This document shows, piece by piece, positions 41,092-54,359 of a stretch of 64,000 nt of DNA (within the stretch, counting starts at the first letter, position 1; each line of letters begins with the position of its first letter). The position numbers and the translations under genes were made by a program. The notes under the pieces were generated by a model. The model made no database searches and was not told the origin of the DNA. It worked only from the letters and a program-made list of their open reading frames with translations. The DNA comes from the human T2T-CHM13v2.0 reference genome, Homo sapiens, in NCBI RefSeq assembly GCF_009914755.1, contig NC_060931.1, one strand, 5' to 3'.

Positions 41092-43023
41092 GCCGTCACC
41101 CGTAGGGGACCCTGACCTGTGCTCTGCCCACTCTCGACACCATCTTCAACCCTTTCCTGGGCTGCCCTTGTTTGGCATTAGGGCCCTGATAGCCGAAAGT
41201 CCCGCCCACTCCTCCCAGCTCCCTCCTGCCTCCTTCTGGGAGCCTGTGGCCGATGACTCTTCTTCTTGGCCCTTTTATCTCTAAATAAGTAAAAGGAATA
41301 CTTTCCTCCACTACCCACATCTCAGGCTGATCCTTGCCTTTTTATTTATTGAGCAATGAATGTAAGTGACTGAAATCAACCAATGCTTATCAAAACCCTT
41401 GCATCAGCTAATCCTTGGGGGAAAACAGAGTTAGGAAGAGAGTTTGCTCAGGGCCACAAGCAATGCGTTTGATGATGGCAGGGTCAGCACCAACCCTTCA
41501 GGGCAGGGAGGACTAGCCCAGGCTTGCCTCCTGTCATTCTTGGAAGTGGGAGAGGGAGCTACAGTTTCCACAGTCTCTCTTTGCTGAGGAAATGCAGGAG
41601 CTCTATGCCTTGGTGTTGCAATTTCTTTTTATCAATTCATCCTTCTACTGTCTCTTATCTGGAGATTTCCTGTCTCCTTGATTATGATGATCCTTGGAAT
41701 GAAAGGCTTAAAAAAGAACTTGGATTTCACCTTATATACACATTTCTATCTGGTAATAAAAGATGAGGGGAACGAAACTAGCCACCATTCACCCAGAGAG
41801 TGAACAACATTTAAAACTCAGAGGCTGACATGCCACTTAGGTTTGGCTCATTGAAGACATTGGGTTAATGACTTCTCTGAAAGGAAAAGTTTTACTCGTA
41901 TCCCCTATTTATTCAATGGTTTTCTAATTGGGCACCTACTATGTTCCGGGTATCAACACTTAATTGGAGGGGCATAATTAGTAACCAAAAAGGCACGCTG
42001 CTCAGATTTTAATTGAATCACTCAGGGGTTTTGTTAGAGTGCAGATTTTGATTCAGCAGGTCTTGGGTGTGGGGTCTGAGAGTTTGTGTTTCTAAGTGGC
42101 CCCTCGGTGATGCAGAGGGGGCTGTGACAGAACAGGGACTAGGGTAGCATTGTTTAACTCACATGGTATGTCTGGCCAGGCCCTTTCTCCCATAGGTCAC
42201 TTCTCCCTACACCTGGGTTACTTGGAGCCAGCGTCATCTCCAGCTCTGACACTATGCTGTCTATAGTTAAGAGCCAGGAAGAACAGAGCGCTTCTAACAG
42301 ATGAGCTTCTGCCTTGCCTGGGAACCTGATCCTCACTTCGTATCCTGGTTCTGGCTTGTTCTTTGGGTCTCAGTGTTTTTACGTAGTCCAAGGAAACTCT
42401 GGCCCACCAGACAGAAGTCCTGCCTGGCTCTTGTTCACTCCCATTCATGTGACTGGGATGGGGCCCTCGCTGGGAGATTTCTCTGATGATGCTGGTCTGA
42501 TAGGCTGCGTGGATCTTTGGGTAGTTCCTGAGTGCCCCCACCGCCAGGGGCCCTGCTCTGCCCACCTTTTGCCCACCATATGCTGCCTGAGACTTCCAGG
42601 TCCTGTCTGACCTGAAAGTCCAGGTCCAGACCTTCCTCATGATGCCCTGTCCTACTGGAGGACACTACCCAAGTGATGGGGGCCTTGGCTAACCAGGTGT
42701 GATGCTCTGATGATCTCATGGAAGTCTCAGGTAAGCAAGGCCTTTTTAGCTTCCCAGGGGTTACTCTGGCCTCATCACCCCCAAACTTCAGTGAGCCGAG
42801 TCCAGCTCAGACTTATCTTAGGCCTGGCAGCCTGCAGCTCTAACCTGAGCCCTAAGCCACATCTCGGTCCCACCATTGCAGTAGGAGGAGGGCAGTCAGT
42901 CACACCAAGAATGGATCTGCCACTTACCAGTGTGTGACTTGTGAAGTAACCTAACCTTTGTAGGTCTTCCGACATCATCTTCTGCTACTCTCCTATTGGT
43001 TGAGTTTCTTTCATTTTAGGGCC

Positions 43024-43234
43024 TGTACTACTCAGCTAGGGCCACTGTGACAAAATACCAGAGAATGCATGGCTTAAAGAAGACATTTGTTTCTCACAGT
43101 TCTGAGGGCTGAGAAGTCCAAGATCAACATGCTGGCCAATTTAGTTTCTAGTGAGGGTTGTCTTCCTGGCTTGCAGACAGCTGCCTTCTCACTGTGCCCT
43201 TACATGGTGGAGTGGGGGTGCTGGGGTGGGGGGA

Positions 43235-43277
<43 letters not shown>

Positions 43278-43594
43278 CACTCAACTCTTTGGCATCTTCT
43301 CATATAAGGACAGTAACCTTATCAAATTAGGACTCCGCCCTATGACCTCATTTAAGCTTAATTAAGCATGAATACCGAATTACTTCCTTACTCCAAATAT
43401 AGTGAGGGCACTCGACTCTTTGGCATCTTCTCATATAGGGACAGTAACCTTATCAAATTAGGACTCTGCCCTATGACCTCATTTAAGCTTAATTAAACAT
43501 GATTACCAAATTACTTCCTTACTCCAAATATAGTAACACTAGGGGTTGGACTTCAACATATGAATTTTGGGGGGATACAATTCTGTCCATAGCA
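43024..43594 (-). mobile_element. MLT1A-type solo LTR with (GA)n and an internal 131-bp tandem duplication
   Basis: Perfect TSD gggcc; gaagtccaagatcaa...ttctgtccatagca. Confidence 0.92.
43273..43534. repeat. 2 x 131-bp tandem duplication
   Basis: Units 43273-43403 and 43404-43534; 7 mismatches by manual count. Confidence 0.96.
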
Positions 43595-43599
43595 GGGCC

Positions 43600-43960
43600 T
43601 TTGCTCTAGCTGTTCTCTGTACCTGGAAAGCTCTTCCCCAGGTTTTCTTAATGGGTGGGTAACTCTGTCATTCACACCTTTGTTAGGATGTCACCTGCTC
43701 TGAGAGGCCTTCTGTAACCATCCACTCTAAAGTAGCCATACAGTCACCCTCTATCAGGTTACCTTGTTTGTAAATACTATTCTATGGAGTACTTATCGCT
43801 TTTATGCTTTTAAAAATTCAATTTATTTTAGGAAGCCTCCTATCTCCCCATCCTCCACTAAACAGAAGCTCCAGAGAAATAAGGACTTTGCTGGCCTCTG
43901 TCTTGAGACCTTAGAACAGTGCATGACACAGAGCAGGTCCTCATTAAACATTTGTTGAAA
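43600..43960 (+). mobile_element. L2 3' fragment
   Basis: tagaacagtgcatgacacagagcaggtcctcattaaacatttgttgaa. Confidence 0.75.
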
Positions 43961-45604
43961 AGTAAGCAAGCAAATTAACACAGTTATTACTACCAGGGAG
44001 GTGGCAGGCTGGGAGTGGGGGCAACGTGTAAAGAGGCCCAAAGTCACTTGCCCTAATATAAGAAGGTACGTGGGTTATGAGACAGAGAGAAGGGAAGCCT
44101 GATTCTGCTGGATCTGTGCGAGGAGGATTGGGGAAGACTTCACAAAGATGGACCCTCTATGCTGCATGTCAGAGTGACACAGAAGAGACGAGAAGAAAGG
44201 TATTCATGTCCTATGGAGAGGGAGGAGCATATGGGAAGTCATGGAGGGAAGGGAGTATCATGGTCAGGTGCCTGGGAGTGGTTTAGGGTGGCCTAAGATA
44301 GCATGTCTGCAGGGGAGGGGCAGCCAACTTGGGGCCATGGAGTACCGCGGGTTCCATGCTCAAGAATCTCATCCTACAAGAGACAGGGAAGCCTCTATGG
44401 AGATTGAGGCTCCCAACTACAGAGGTACACGCTCTGCCCTGGGCTGCCCACAGTCTGTATTCTGTCTCCCTAGTGCTGACCTCGATCCATTGGACATCAT
44501 GAAATTTGTCTATTTCTCATAGTTCACTTACAGACTAGGAGCTCCTTGAGGGCAGACACCCTACTGTATTCCTTTTTGTTTTGTTGTTGTGCTCACTCTA
44601 TACCTGGTTATTGAGGCTAGCATCTAGTGTCATCAAGTTGGTGACTTTATTTAGTAGGAGTCAGAAAGCCACTTCTAACCCAGGCATCCGGGGTAGCAGT
44701 TGTCCCACTTTGAGAGTATGGAGTGCGTCGTTGGGCTGAACTGTGTCACATGGCCTACTGCCACCTTGACTGGCTCCCAAGAGAGGGTGGGTTTCTCGGA
44801 GAAGCAGCTCTGGCGGTGTCAACAGGCAGGTAACTTATAATGCTGGCAAGAGCAAGGAGAAAAAGGATTTTTACTGAGTTTCATGGCTGTGCTCTGAGAA
44901 AGTCTCTACTTGATCAGCACCAGCAGAACAGGGTCTTCCTCCTTGGAGAGGCCGATGACCATTGACAAATGAATATTCAAGACCTAATACAATCATTTCT
45001 ATTCACTTCAGAGATGGCAAAGGGACGCATGGAAAAGTGACTCCCGGGACTTTAGCTGTGAGATTCCCACTTGATTTCTGACTGTTGACCCAAATATGAC
45101 CCTCTAACAGCTGGTCTTTCCTGGTGGGCACTTATCCTTTGTTTGCTACCAGGTTACAGGGGTGAGAGCCACTGTGTACCAAACTTGGGAGCCCCCTCCT
45201 AACCCCTAGGCCCTCTGGCCATCCTGTGTATTTAGAACCATATCTGGGCCCCAGTGCCAATGCTGGCATGCTGGTCCCCAGCCGCATGCTAGAGGGATTC
45301 TTGCCTGGGTGCCTTGTTGAACCAGACAAGGGGTCTTTCAAGGCACTCTCTGTCCTGGATCCTGGTGTCAGGAGTGCAGACATGCTAGTGTGATGACCAC
45401 CATGCCACAGCATGACCTGGTTCTGTGGAGAGTGTCATGTAAATCGGTAGTAAACCAAAGGGATCCTCAGGTACTGTGGACTGTGATGTGGTAGATGGTA
45501 GTCTGTGACTTCCAGTATTGGCTTGTGCTCACACCAAGAGAGCCAGCAGCCCTTTGTTGGTGTCCCAGGACATCAGGCCACTTAATTTGCTGCTTAGCCC
45601 CTAG

Positions 45605-45730
45605 AGTAGTGGTTCTCAACTTTGGCCACATATTGAGATCTTTGGGGGAATTTAAAAAAATTCTGATGCCCAGGATACATCTCAGACCAATTAAATAGTA
45701 TCTGTGGGGCTGGAACACACATCAGTATTT
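45605..45730. mobile_element. MER5B-like fragment
   Basis: agtggttctcaactttggcc...ctgatgcccagg...cagaccaattaaat. Confidence 0.75.
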
Positions 45731-46655
45731 TTTAATTGAATTCATTGAGGTGTAATTTGCATACAATGTAATGAACACTTTTAAGTGTATGATCTGATGA
45801 GTTTTGACAAATGTATACACTTGTGTAACCATCACCAGGGCAATCAAGACATAACATTTTCATCACCCCAGAACATTCCCTCATGCCTCTTTGCAGCCAA
45901 TTCCCTTCTCCCTCTCCCAGGAAACCACTGATCTGCCTTCCATCACTTAGATGGGTTTTTCTTTTACTAGAATTCCATGTAAATGTAATCTTACTTTGAC
46001 ATCTTTTGTGCAGCAAAATGTTTTTGAGAATCATTTGTGGTGTTGTGTGATCAGTATACACTCCTTCTTGTGGCTGAGTAGTGTTCATTATATGGAATAA
46101 ATACAACAATGTGTTTGCTAGTTACCTGTGGTTGACATTTGGGTTATTTCCAGTTTTTAGCCATTATGAATATGCTGCTATTAATATAAATATTCATGTG
46201 GACTTTGTGGGAATATAGATCTTCAGTTCTCTTGGGTAAACATGTAGGAATGAAACTGATGGGTCATATGGTAAAGTGTGTGTTTACCTTCATAAGAAAT
46301 TGCCTAATTATTTTCCAAAGTGGTTAATCCATTTTATAGTCTTACCGGCAGTGTCTGGGAGTACCAGTTGTACCTTGCCAATAGTTGATATTTTCTTGCC
46401 AATAGTTAATATTTTCAGGCTTTTTAATTTTAGCCATTCTTGTGGGTGTGTGGTGCTATTTAATTTTAATTTGCATTTCTTTGATGACTAATGATATCGA
46501 GCATCTTTAAATTTGTTTATTGCCTATCCATATATTTTCTTTTGTAGCATATCTTTTTTTTGCTTTGAATTGTCTTATTCTTATTAATAAGATTCTTGAT
46601 TCTTAATAAGTTCCTCTGGGGTATATTTAAATTTAAATTTGTATTTATACATATG

Positions 46656-46704
<49 letters not shown>

Positions 46705-47720
46705 GCAAATGTTTCTCCCAGTCTGTGGCTTGCCTTTTTATTTTCTTAATAATGTCTTTCAAAGTTTAAAATTTGTCATTTTTTTCTTTTGATATTCATA
46801 CTTTTTGCATCCTAAGAAATACTTGCCTATCCCAAGTTGCAAAGATTTTATCCTATATTTTCTTCTAAAATTTTTATAGTTCAGGTTTTATGTTTAGGTC
46901 TATGATCAATTTCAAGTCAATGTTTTTGTATGATGTAAGAGATAGGTCAACATTCATTTTTTTTCCGTATATGTATTCAATTGTCCCAGACCATTTATAA
47001 AAAGATTATCCTTTCTCTACTGAATTATGTTGTCACATTGTAAAAAATCAATTAGCCATATATATGGGTCTGTTCCTGGACTTGCTCTTTTGGTCCATGG
47101 TCTATATGTCCAACCTTACTAATATACACTGCCTTGATTATTGTAGCCTTGACATCGGTCAGTGTAAATTCCCTAAGTTTATTCTTGTTTTTCTAAATTG
47201 TTTTGACTGTTTTAGACCCTTTGAATTGCCATATGAATTTTAGAATCAGTTTGTCAATTTCCACAAAAGAAGCCTGCTGGAATTTTAATTGGCATTGCAC
47301 TGATGCTGTAGACTAGTTTGGGGGAAAATTGATATCTTGACACAATTGAGTGTTCCAAACCAAATGTGAGATATCTCTATTTATTTAGGTCTTATTTAAT
47401 TTATTTCAACAATGTTTTGTAGTTTTCAGTGTGGGGGTCTGAAATGACTTTTATTAGATTTATTCCTAGTATTTTATGTTTTTATGTATTTATGGCACTA
47501 CTGTAAATAGAATTATTTTCAAATGTCATTTTCTGATTGTTGCTGCTAATATAGAAGAATACAATTGATTTTTGTATGTTAACTTTGTATTTTATGACCT
47601 TGCTAAATTCATGTATTAGTTCTAGTACTTGACATAAGACATCTCTACATTTCTCACAGCAGTATTTGTTATTTACGATATACAGATCTTGCCCATATTT
47701 TGTTAAATGTATCCTTAAAC
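45731..47720 (-). mobile_element. Old L1 (L1ME-like)
   Basis: gatgagttttgacaaatgtatacacttgtgtaacc; ORF 46517..46762 KDIIKKIKRQATDWEK is an ORF2 remnant. Confidence 0.88.
46658..46700. repeat. (CA)~21 microsatellite
   Basis: Read directly. Confidence 0.97.
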
Positions 47721-48781
47721 TGGAGGTGGTGGGACCACTACTTTTATTTGCTTTGCTCCCTTTGTCTTGATGCTTGTGAATGGCTCAGATCACTAAAGCA
47801 ACGGAGAGTTCCATCAACAAGCAGAATCATTTGCACCTGTAGCAAAGAGCAAACCCTTGCGATTTTTCTTAATGGGAAACGCTACTGGGTTTTCCCACTT
47901 AAGATGATGGGCTCCTGCAAGTGGCTTAATGGATCTTGGAGTAGGTTACTGACCTACTGTGGACCTGACCGTGCTGATAGGGCTGAACCTCAGGGCTGGC
48001 CATGTGCTGGGCACTGGTGATTGCTGAAGTTCAGTGGGCTACCTATTTTCTGAGGTTACGTGTGTTGTTGTTGGTGGGGATGGGTTGAGGAGAACACATG
48101 AGAGTTGTTTCTGTAGGCTTTTTGTTAATTATGAGAAAAGAGATGGAACCTCGGGTGTGAGTTTGCAACCCATTCTTCATTCTCCCCGGGGCTCTGGGTA
48201 ATGATATTTAACGGAAAGACAAATCCATTCGTCTTCCCGGCATCCTGGCACGGGGAAGCTGTGCAGGCTGCTGTCAGAAGAGATATTAGGGGCTATAAAA
48301 AGCCATTCGATTCCTTCCCCTCCTCACTCTCACTTTGTAACCCCCTTCCCAGGGAGATTGGTGCGGAGGCTGCTGACACTCCATCACCTGGAAGTTTTTG
48401 GCCTCGTGGGCATTTTGTAGAGATTCAGATTGTCTTTACCTTTTCATTCTTCTTCTTTTAACCTCCATCATTTCTCTGCCAGGGGAGGCAACACCATGGA
48501 AAGATTTGTCTTTTTGCTTCATTTCTGGTGTTTAAAAGAGCCAGTTGCTATGCCCCTGGGTGTAGGAAGCAAACCATTCCATCAGGACAGGTAGCAGGTT
48601 CCCTGCCAAAGTGCCCTCTGCTTCTGAGCCAGGCTCAGGGAAACAGGAGCTTCCTGCCTGTCTTCCATGCTCTTGGTCTTAGCCTTGGATCTGCCCCTTG
48701 TCTCATCTCCATACCCAGGAGCACCCTTGACAGGGATAAGTTGGTCAGCATTTATCCCTCTTGATTTAAAAATTATCATGG

Positions 48782-49077
48782 GGCCGAACGCAGTGGCTCA
48801 CGCTTGTAATCCCAGCACTTTGGGAGGCCGAGGCGGGCGGATCACCTGAGGTCGGGAGTTTGGGACCAGCCTGGCCAATATGTGAAACCCCGTCTCTACT
48901 AAAAATGCAAAAATTAGCCAGGTGTGGTGGCATGCACCTGTAGTCTCAGCTACTCAGGAGGCTGATGCAGAAGAATCGCTTGGACCCAGAAAGGTGGAGG
49001 TTGCAGTGAGCCAAGATTGTGCCACTGCACTCCAGCCTGGGTGACAAAGGGAGACTCTGTCTCAAAAAAAAAAAAAA
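48782..49077 (+). mobile_element. AluS
   Basis: TSD aaaaattatcatgg / aaaaattgtcatgg. Confidence 0.95.
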
Positions 49078-49917
49078 AAAAATTGTCATGGACGAGAGTT
49101 CCATTTCCTAAGGATTTTGTTCCTCTGCTCCTTGTTCTTTCATTCTCTTAGGTTGCTGTGCCCTCTCCTTCACTTCCCGCGTTCCCCCCACTTTCTCCAC
49201 CCCATCCATTCCCACTTCCCCTGCCCCTCACCCCACCCTGCAGGCCTCTGGCCACATCCCTCCTTTTCCATTTTCATTTTTTTTTTTCATGGTAGGTTTA
49301 GAAAATGTAAATTCCTCATGCAGCTATTGTGCACTGATTCTGTGGTAGGGATGATGGTGGAAAGGAGGGATAGAGTAGAAAAGAGGATCTAGTTTTAGTT
49401 CCCAGATAAACATATTCAGGTGCAAATCATTGTCCCTCAAGGTCAGGTACGACACACCCACACCAGAAGAATAAACAAAATACTTCTGATGATGAATTCT
49501 AATGAGAACAAGCTTCCTGCACACACTGGCATTTTATCTGGGCCTCCAAAAAGGGATGAGAGCTCCAACGGCCACAGAGGAGGTGATGGCAGGAAGGGTG
49601 GGGTGTGACATTTAAGCTAAGGGAACAACATTAGCAAAGGCCAAGAGGTGTGAACCTGTCTGTGGGGAGCATGTGTGTTGTCTAATGCAATTGGAGGGGG
49701 CAGGGCATGGGGCTTGGGAGAAGCAGGAAGGAGAGCATCAGAGCAGAAACTAGAAAGGGAAGTTGGGCCATTGTGGAGGGACTTGACCGCCACACTAAGG
49801 AGCCTGCACTCATACTCCAGTAGTCAATGGGGAGCCGGCAAAGGCCCATAAATGGTACAATGGCCTGGTCTGAAGTGGGTTTTAGGAAGCCCCCTTTCAC
49901 AGAACTGTGAAGGATGA

Positions 49918-50269
<352 letters not shown>

Positions 50270-51500
50270 TGGACAAACCATAATCTTATACATTTATGGG
50301 GTAGAATGGGCTGTTTTGATATATGTGTGTAATGTGGCATAATTAAATCAAGCTAATTAACATATCCACATCTTGCTTGCCCATCATTTTCTTATGGTGA
50401 GGCATTTGAAATTTATGCTCTTAGTTATTTTGACATATATAATACATAATTACTGACTGTAGTCACCCTGGTGTGCAATAAATCATGAAACCTATTTCTC
50501 CTGTCCATCTGAAACTTTATATCCTTTGATGAACAACATCCTATTTCTGGTAACCACTGTTTTACTCTTTACTTCTACGAGTTCTGCTTTGTTAGATTCC
50601 ACATGTAAGTGAGATCGTGTAGTACACTTACGTGATCACGTGGTGACACTTAGGCTGTTTCCTATCTTGGCTGCTGTGAATGAGGCTGCAGTGAGCATGA
50701 AAGTGCAGACATTCCCGTCAACATACTGATTTCGGTTCCTTTGACTATATATCCAGGAGTGTGATTACTGGGTTGTGTGGTGATTCTAGTTTTAGTGTTT
50801 TTGAGGAACCTCCAAACCATTTTCCATAATGGCTGTAACTAATTTACATTCCCACAATGTATAAGAATTGCCATTTTCCCATATCCCCCCTAACAGTTAC
50901 CTTTCATCTTTTTGGTACTAGCCATTCTAACAGGTGAAATGTGTTAAGTCATTGTGGTTTTATTTTGTGTTTCCCTAATGATTAGTGATACTGAGCATTT
51001 TTTCATGTATCTATTGGCCATTTGTATGTCTTCTTTTGAGAAATGTCTATTTAGGTTCTTTGCTCATTTTTAATTGGGTTATTTGTTTTCTTGCCATTGA
51101 ATTGTTTGAGTTCCTTCTATATTTTGATAACACCTTGTTACATGTACAGTTTGCAAACATTTCTTCCCATTCTATGGGTTTTCTCTTCACTTTATTAATT
51201 GTTTCCTTTGCTGTGTAGAAGCTTTTCAGTTTGATGCCATCCCATTTGTCTATTTTTGCCTTTGTTGGGGTTATAGCCAAAAAATCCTTGCCCAGATCAG
51301 TGTTGTGTAGCTTTTCCCTTATGTTTTCTTCTACCACTTTTACAGTTTAAGGTCTTATATTTAAGCCGTTAGTCCAGTTTGGGTTGATTTTTGAATATGG
51401 TGTAAGATAAAAAGTCTAATTTTGTTCTTCTGCATGTGAATATCTAGTTTTCCCAACATCATTTATTGAAGAGACTGTCCTTTCCCCATTGTGTGTTCTT
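50270..51500 (-). mobile_element. L1 (L1MA-like) 3' portion
   Basis: aattaaatcaagctaattaacatatcc; ORF 51047..51337 EENIREKLH..DLGKDF...KAKIDKWD.IKLKSF.TAKETINKVKR is L1 ORF2. Confidence 0.92.
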
Positions 51501-51984
51501 TAAATTCACAGGACAGGAAGTCTAGTGCAGCTTGGTGGAGGTGTCTCTTCCTGGTTCAGTCACCTCTGGCCTGGAGTTAGACTGATGGTGTACAGGCTTG
51601 CTTTGTGGTAGCCCACACCCACATACTAGGGCTGATCCTGGAAAAGGGGAAATTGTTGTGAGCTGGGGAGCCATACTGATTGGTACCCGCTCTGGGTGAG
51701 GGTGAGGAGGTAGAAGAGGATGAGTTTTGTTTTGGACACGTTGTGGTGTCAGTGAGTTGCAGGAGGTGGCAAATCCAGATGAGACGTTCTTTGATGGGTT
51801 TGGGGCTGGAGACATGCAGATGTGTGCGCTCTCCAAGCACCGTGTTAGCTAAAGCTTTTAGAATGGGAGAGCTTGGGGAAAAGGGAAACAGAGAAAAAGA
51901 GGGAAAGAGGATAGAATGTGAAGAGATTGTAAAAGGTTGGAAAAACTCTGGTTATCATCTAGTCCAATATTTTCATTTTATTTA

Positions 51985-53660
51985 ATTTTCATTTATTTTT
52001 ATTGAGGCATAGCATATACATAGGAAAGTGCACACATCTTAAGGAGACAGACCAATGAAGTTTTACATGTATACACACCTTTGTCATAACCATCAAGAGC
52101 AGGATGCAGAACAATTCCATGTCCCTAGAAGGTTCCATTGTGCCTCTTCTTGGTCAATACCTCTGCCATCCATACCAGAAGTAATTGTTATTCTGACTTC
52201 TACTATCACCAAGAACAGATAGATGCTTGTTCTTGAACTTTATATAAACATTGTCATTCAATCTGTATTATTTTGAATCTGAGCTCTTTTGTTCAACATT
52301 ATGTCTGAGAAATTTATCCATGTTATTGCATAAATCAGAAGTTAGTTTTTTCTTATTGAGTAGCATTCCATTATATAGATATGCCACCAAGTATCTATTA
52401 TTATGTTAATGAACATTTGGGTTTTTCAACTGTTGGGCTATTATAAATAAAACTGCTATGAAATTTCTTGCATGTGCCTTGGTGCACCTGTGCACTAATT
52501 TATAACTCTAGGGCATATATCCAGGAGTGAAATTACTGAGTCCAGGTGATACAGATGAAACCCCAAATTGGGGCTTAGCCTGGGAGGGTTCTTGGCTTTA
52601 CTCAGGAAAGAATTCAATAGTGAGCAGACAGTGAAAGAAAGTAAGATTCTCAGGGCAACAGTGTACAGCAGAGTGGCTGCTCCACAGACAGAGGAGGGCA
52701 GAGTGGCCCAGAGTATCAGCGTACAGCAAAGTGGCTGTTCCATCCGCAGGGCAGAGCTATCTCATAGGCAGACAGCCCCTAGGAGGAAGAGCAGCAGCAG
52801 CAGTGAACAGCAACAGTAGCAGTGCAGAGCAGCAGCCCCTGTGGATTGCTGGCTAAGTATATTTATACCTATTTTAATTATATGTTAATTAAGGGACAGA
52901 TTGTTCAGAATTCTTTAGAAAAGGGGCAGGGGAAGTTACTGGAACTACATAAAGTAACTTCCGGGTCATTGCCATGGTATTTGTAAACTGTGATGGTGTT
53001 GGTGGGAGTTTTTTAATGCTAATAAGCAGTGAGGGCAACTAGAGGTCACTTCCCTTGCCATCTGCTGGTTTCATTTCGTTTCTTTACTGCAACCCATTTT
53101 TTATCAGGAGGGTCCTGATTGACGCTTGGAAAACAAATCCTGTGAATCTTCTACCTCACAAGGGTATATATGTTTAATCTTAGCAGGTACTTCCAGTTTT
53201 CCAAAGCGATTATACTATTTCACACTCCTGTCAACAATGAAAGAGAGTTCTAATTACTCTGTCTCCACACTAAACATTGGCGTTGTCAATCTTTTAAATG
53301 TTAGCCATTCTGCTGGACATATAGTGATACCTCAAGTGGTTTTAATCTGCATTTCCATATAACTAATGATATTGAGCACATTTTCGTCTGCATGTTACCC
53401 ACATGAATCTTTGTGTGTGTGCATGAAGTGCACGTTTAATTGCATGTTCTTTTGCCCACCTTTTTCCTAATTATTTTTAGGGGCTCTTGATATAAATCCT
53501 GAGTTCAATATATGTTTTATAAAATAACTTCTTCCAGTCTGTGGTTTGCCGTTTTTCTTGATAATGTCTTTGAATAAATACAAGCTTTTATGTTCAATTA
53601 TCAATTGTTTATTTTATGGTTAGTGCTTTTTTATGTCCTGTCAAACAATATTTGGTTACC
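51985..53660 (-). mobile_element. Old L1 (L1ME-like) split by an LTR
   Basis: ttttattgaggcatagcatataca...; resumes ccagttttccaaagcgattatac after the LTR. Confidence 0.8.
52547..53158 (-). mobile_element. ERV1 solo LTR, MER41 family (D/E/G-like)
   Basis: Minus strand tgaggtag...gtgacctctagttgccctcactgct...gtttacaaataccatggcaatgacccggaagttac; TSD cagg/caag. Confidence 0.82.
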
Positions 53661-53664
53661 ATAA

Positions 53665-53955
<291 letters not shown>

Positions 53956-54359
53956 TAAAGTGCTTCCCTTCTAGCAGAGGAGCTGGAGAAACAGCAACAA
54001 GCCTCTTTCTCTTCCTACCTACACAGATAAAAGCAATCAGCTTTGAGAAAATATTGCTCCACATGTATTGAGAGCCTTGAAAATATTTTTGCTCTTTGAC
54101 ACAATTGCCCCCTTTTCATGAATCTGAAACTTAGACAAAGTTTTATATAGGCAGATATTGATTACAATGCTTTTTAAGTGCAAAAGAAAAAAAAGAATAT
54201 CACTAAGTATTCAGCAACAATGGCTAATCAAGTTGTGGCACATCTATAACATTAAATAGAATAGCTGTGTAATATTCAATTTAGGGTGTTTTTGAAAAAT
54301 ATTTAATGACCTGTGAAAATGAACACAATGTAATATATATTTTGCGCATTTTAAAAACT

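Noticed and set aside
47873-47898. Paired RBPJ sites (TGGGAA...TTCCCAC)
   Set aside because: The spacer is 13 bp, outside the 15-17 bp needed for Notch sequence-paired sites
51047-51337. L1 ORF2-like peptide (also 6896-7186, 19824-20384, 21414-21641, 46517-46762)
   Set aside because: Short decayed fragments of old L1s; no intact ORF1/ORF2, so not active
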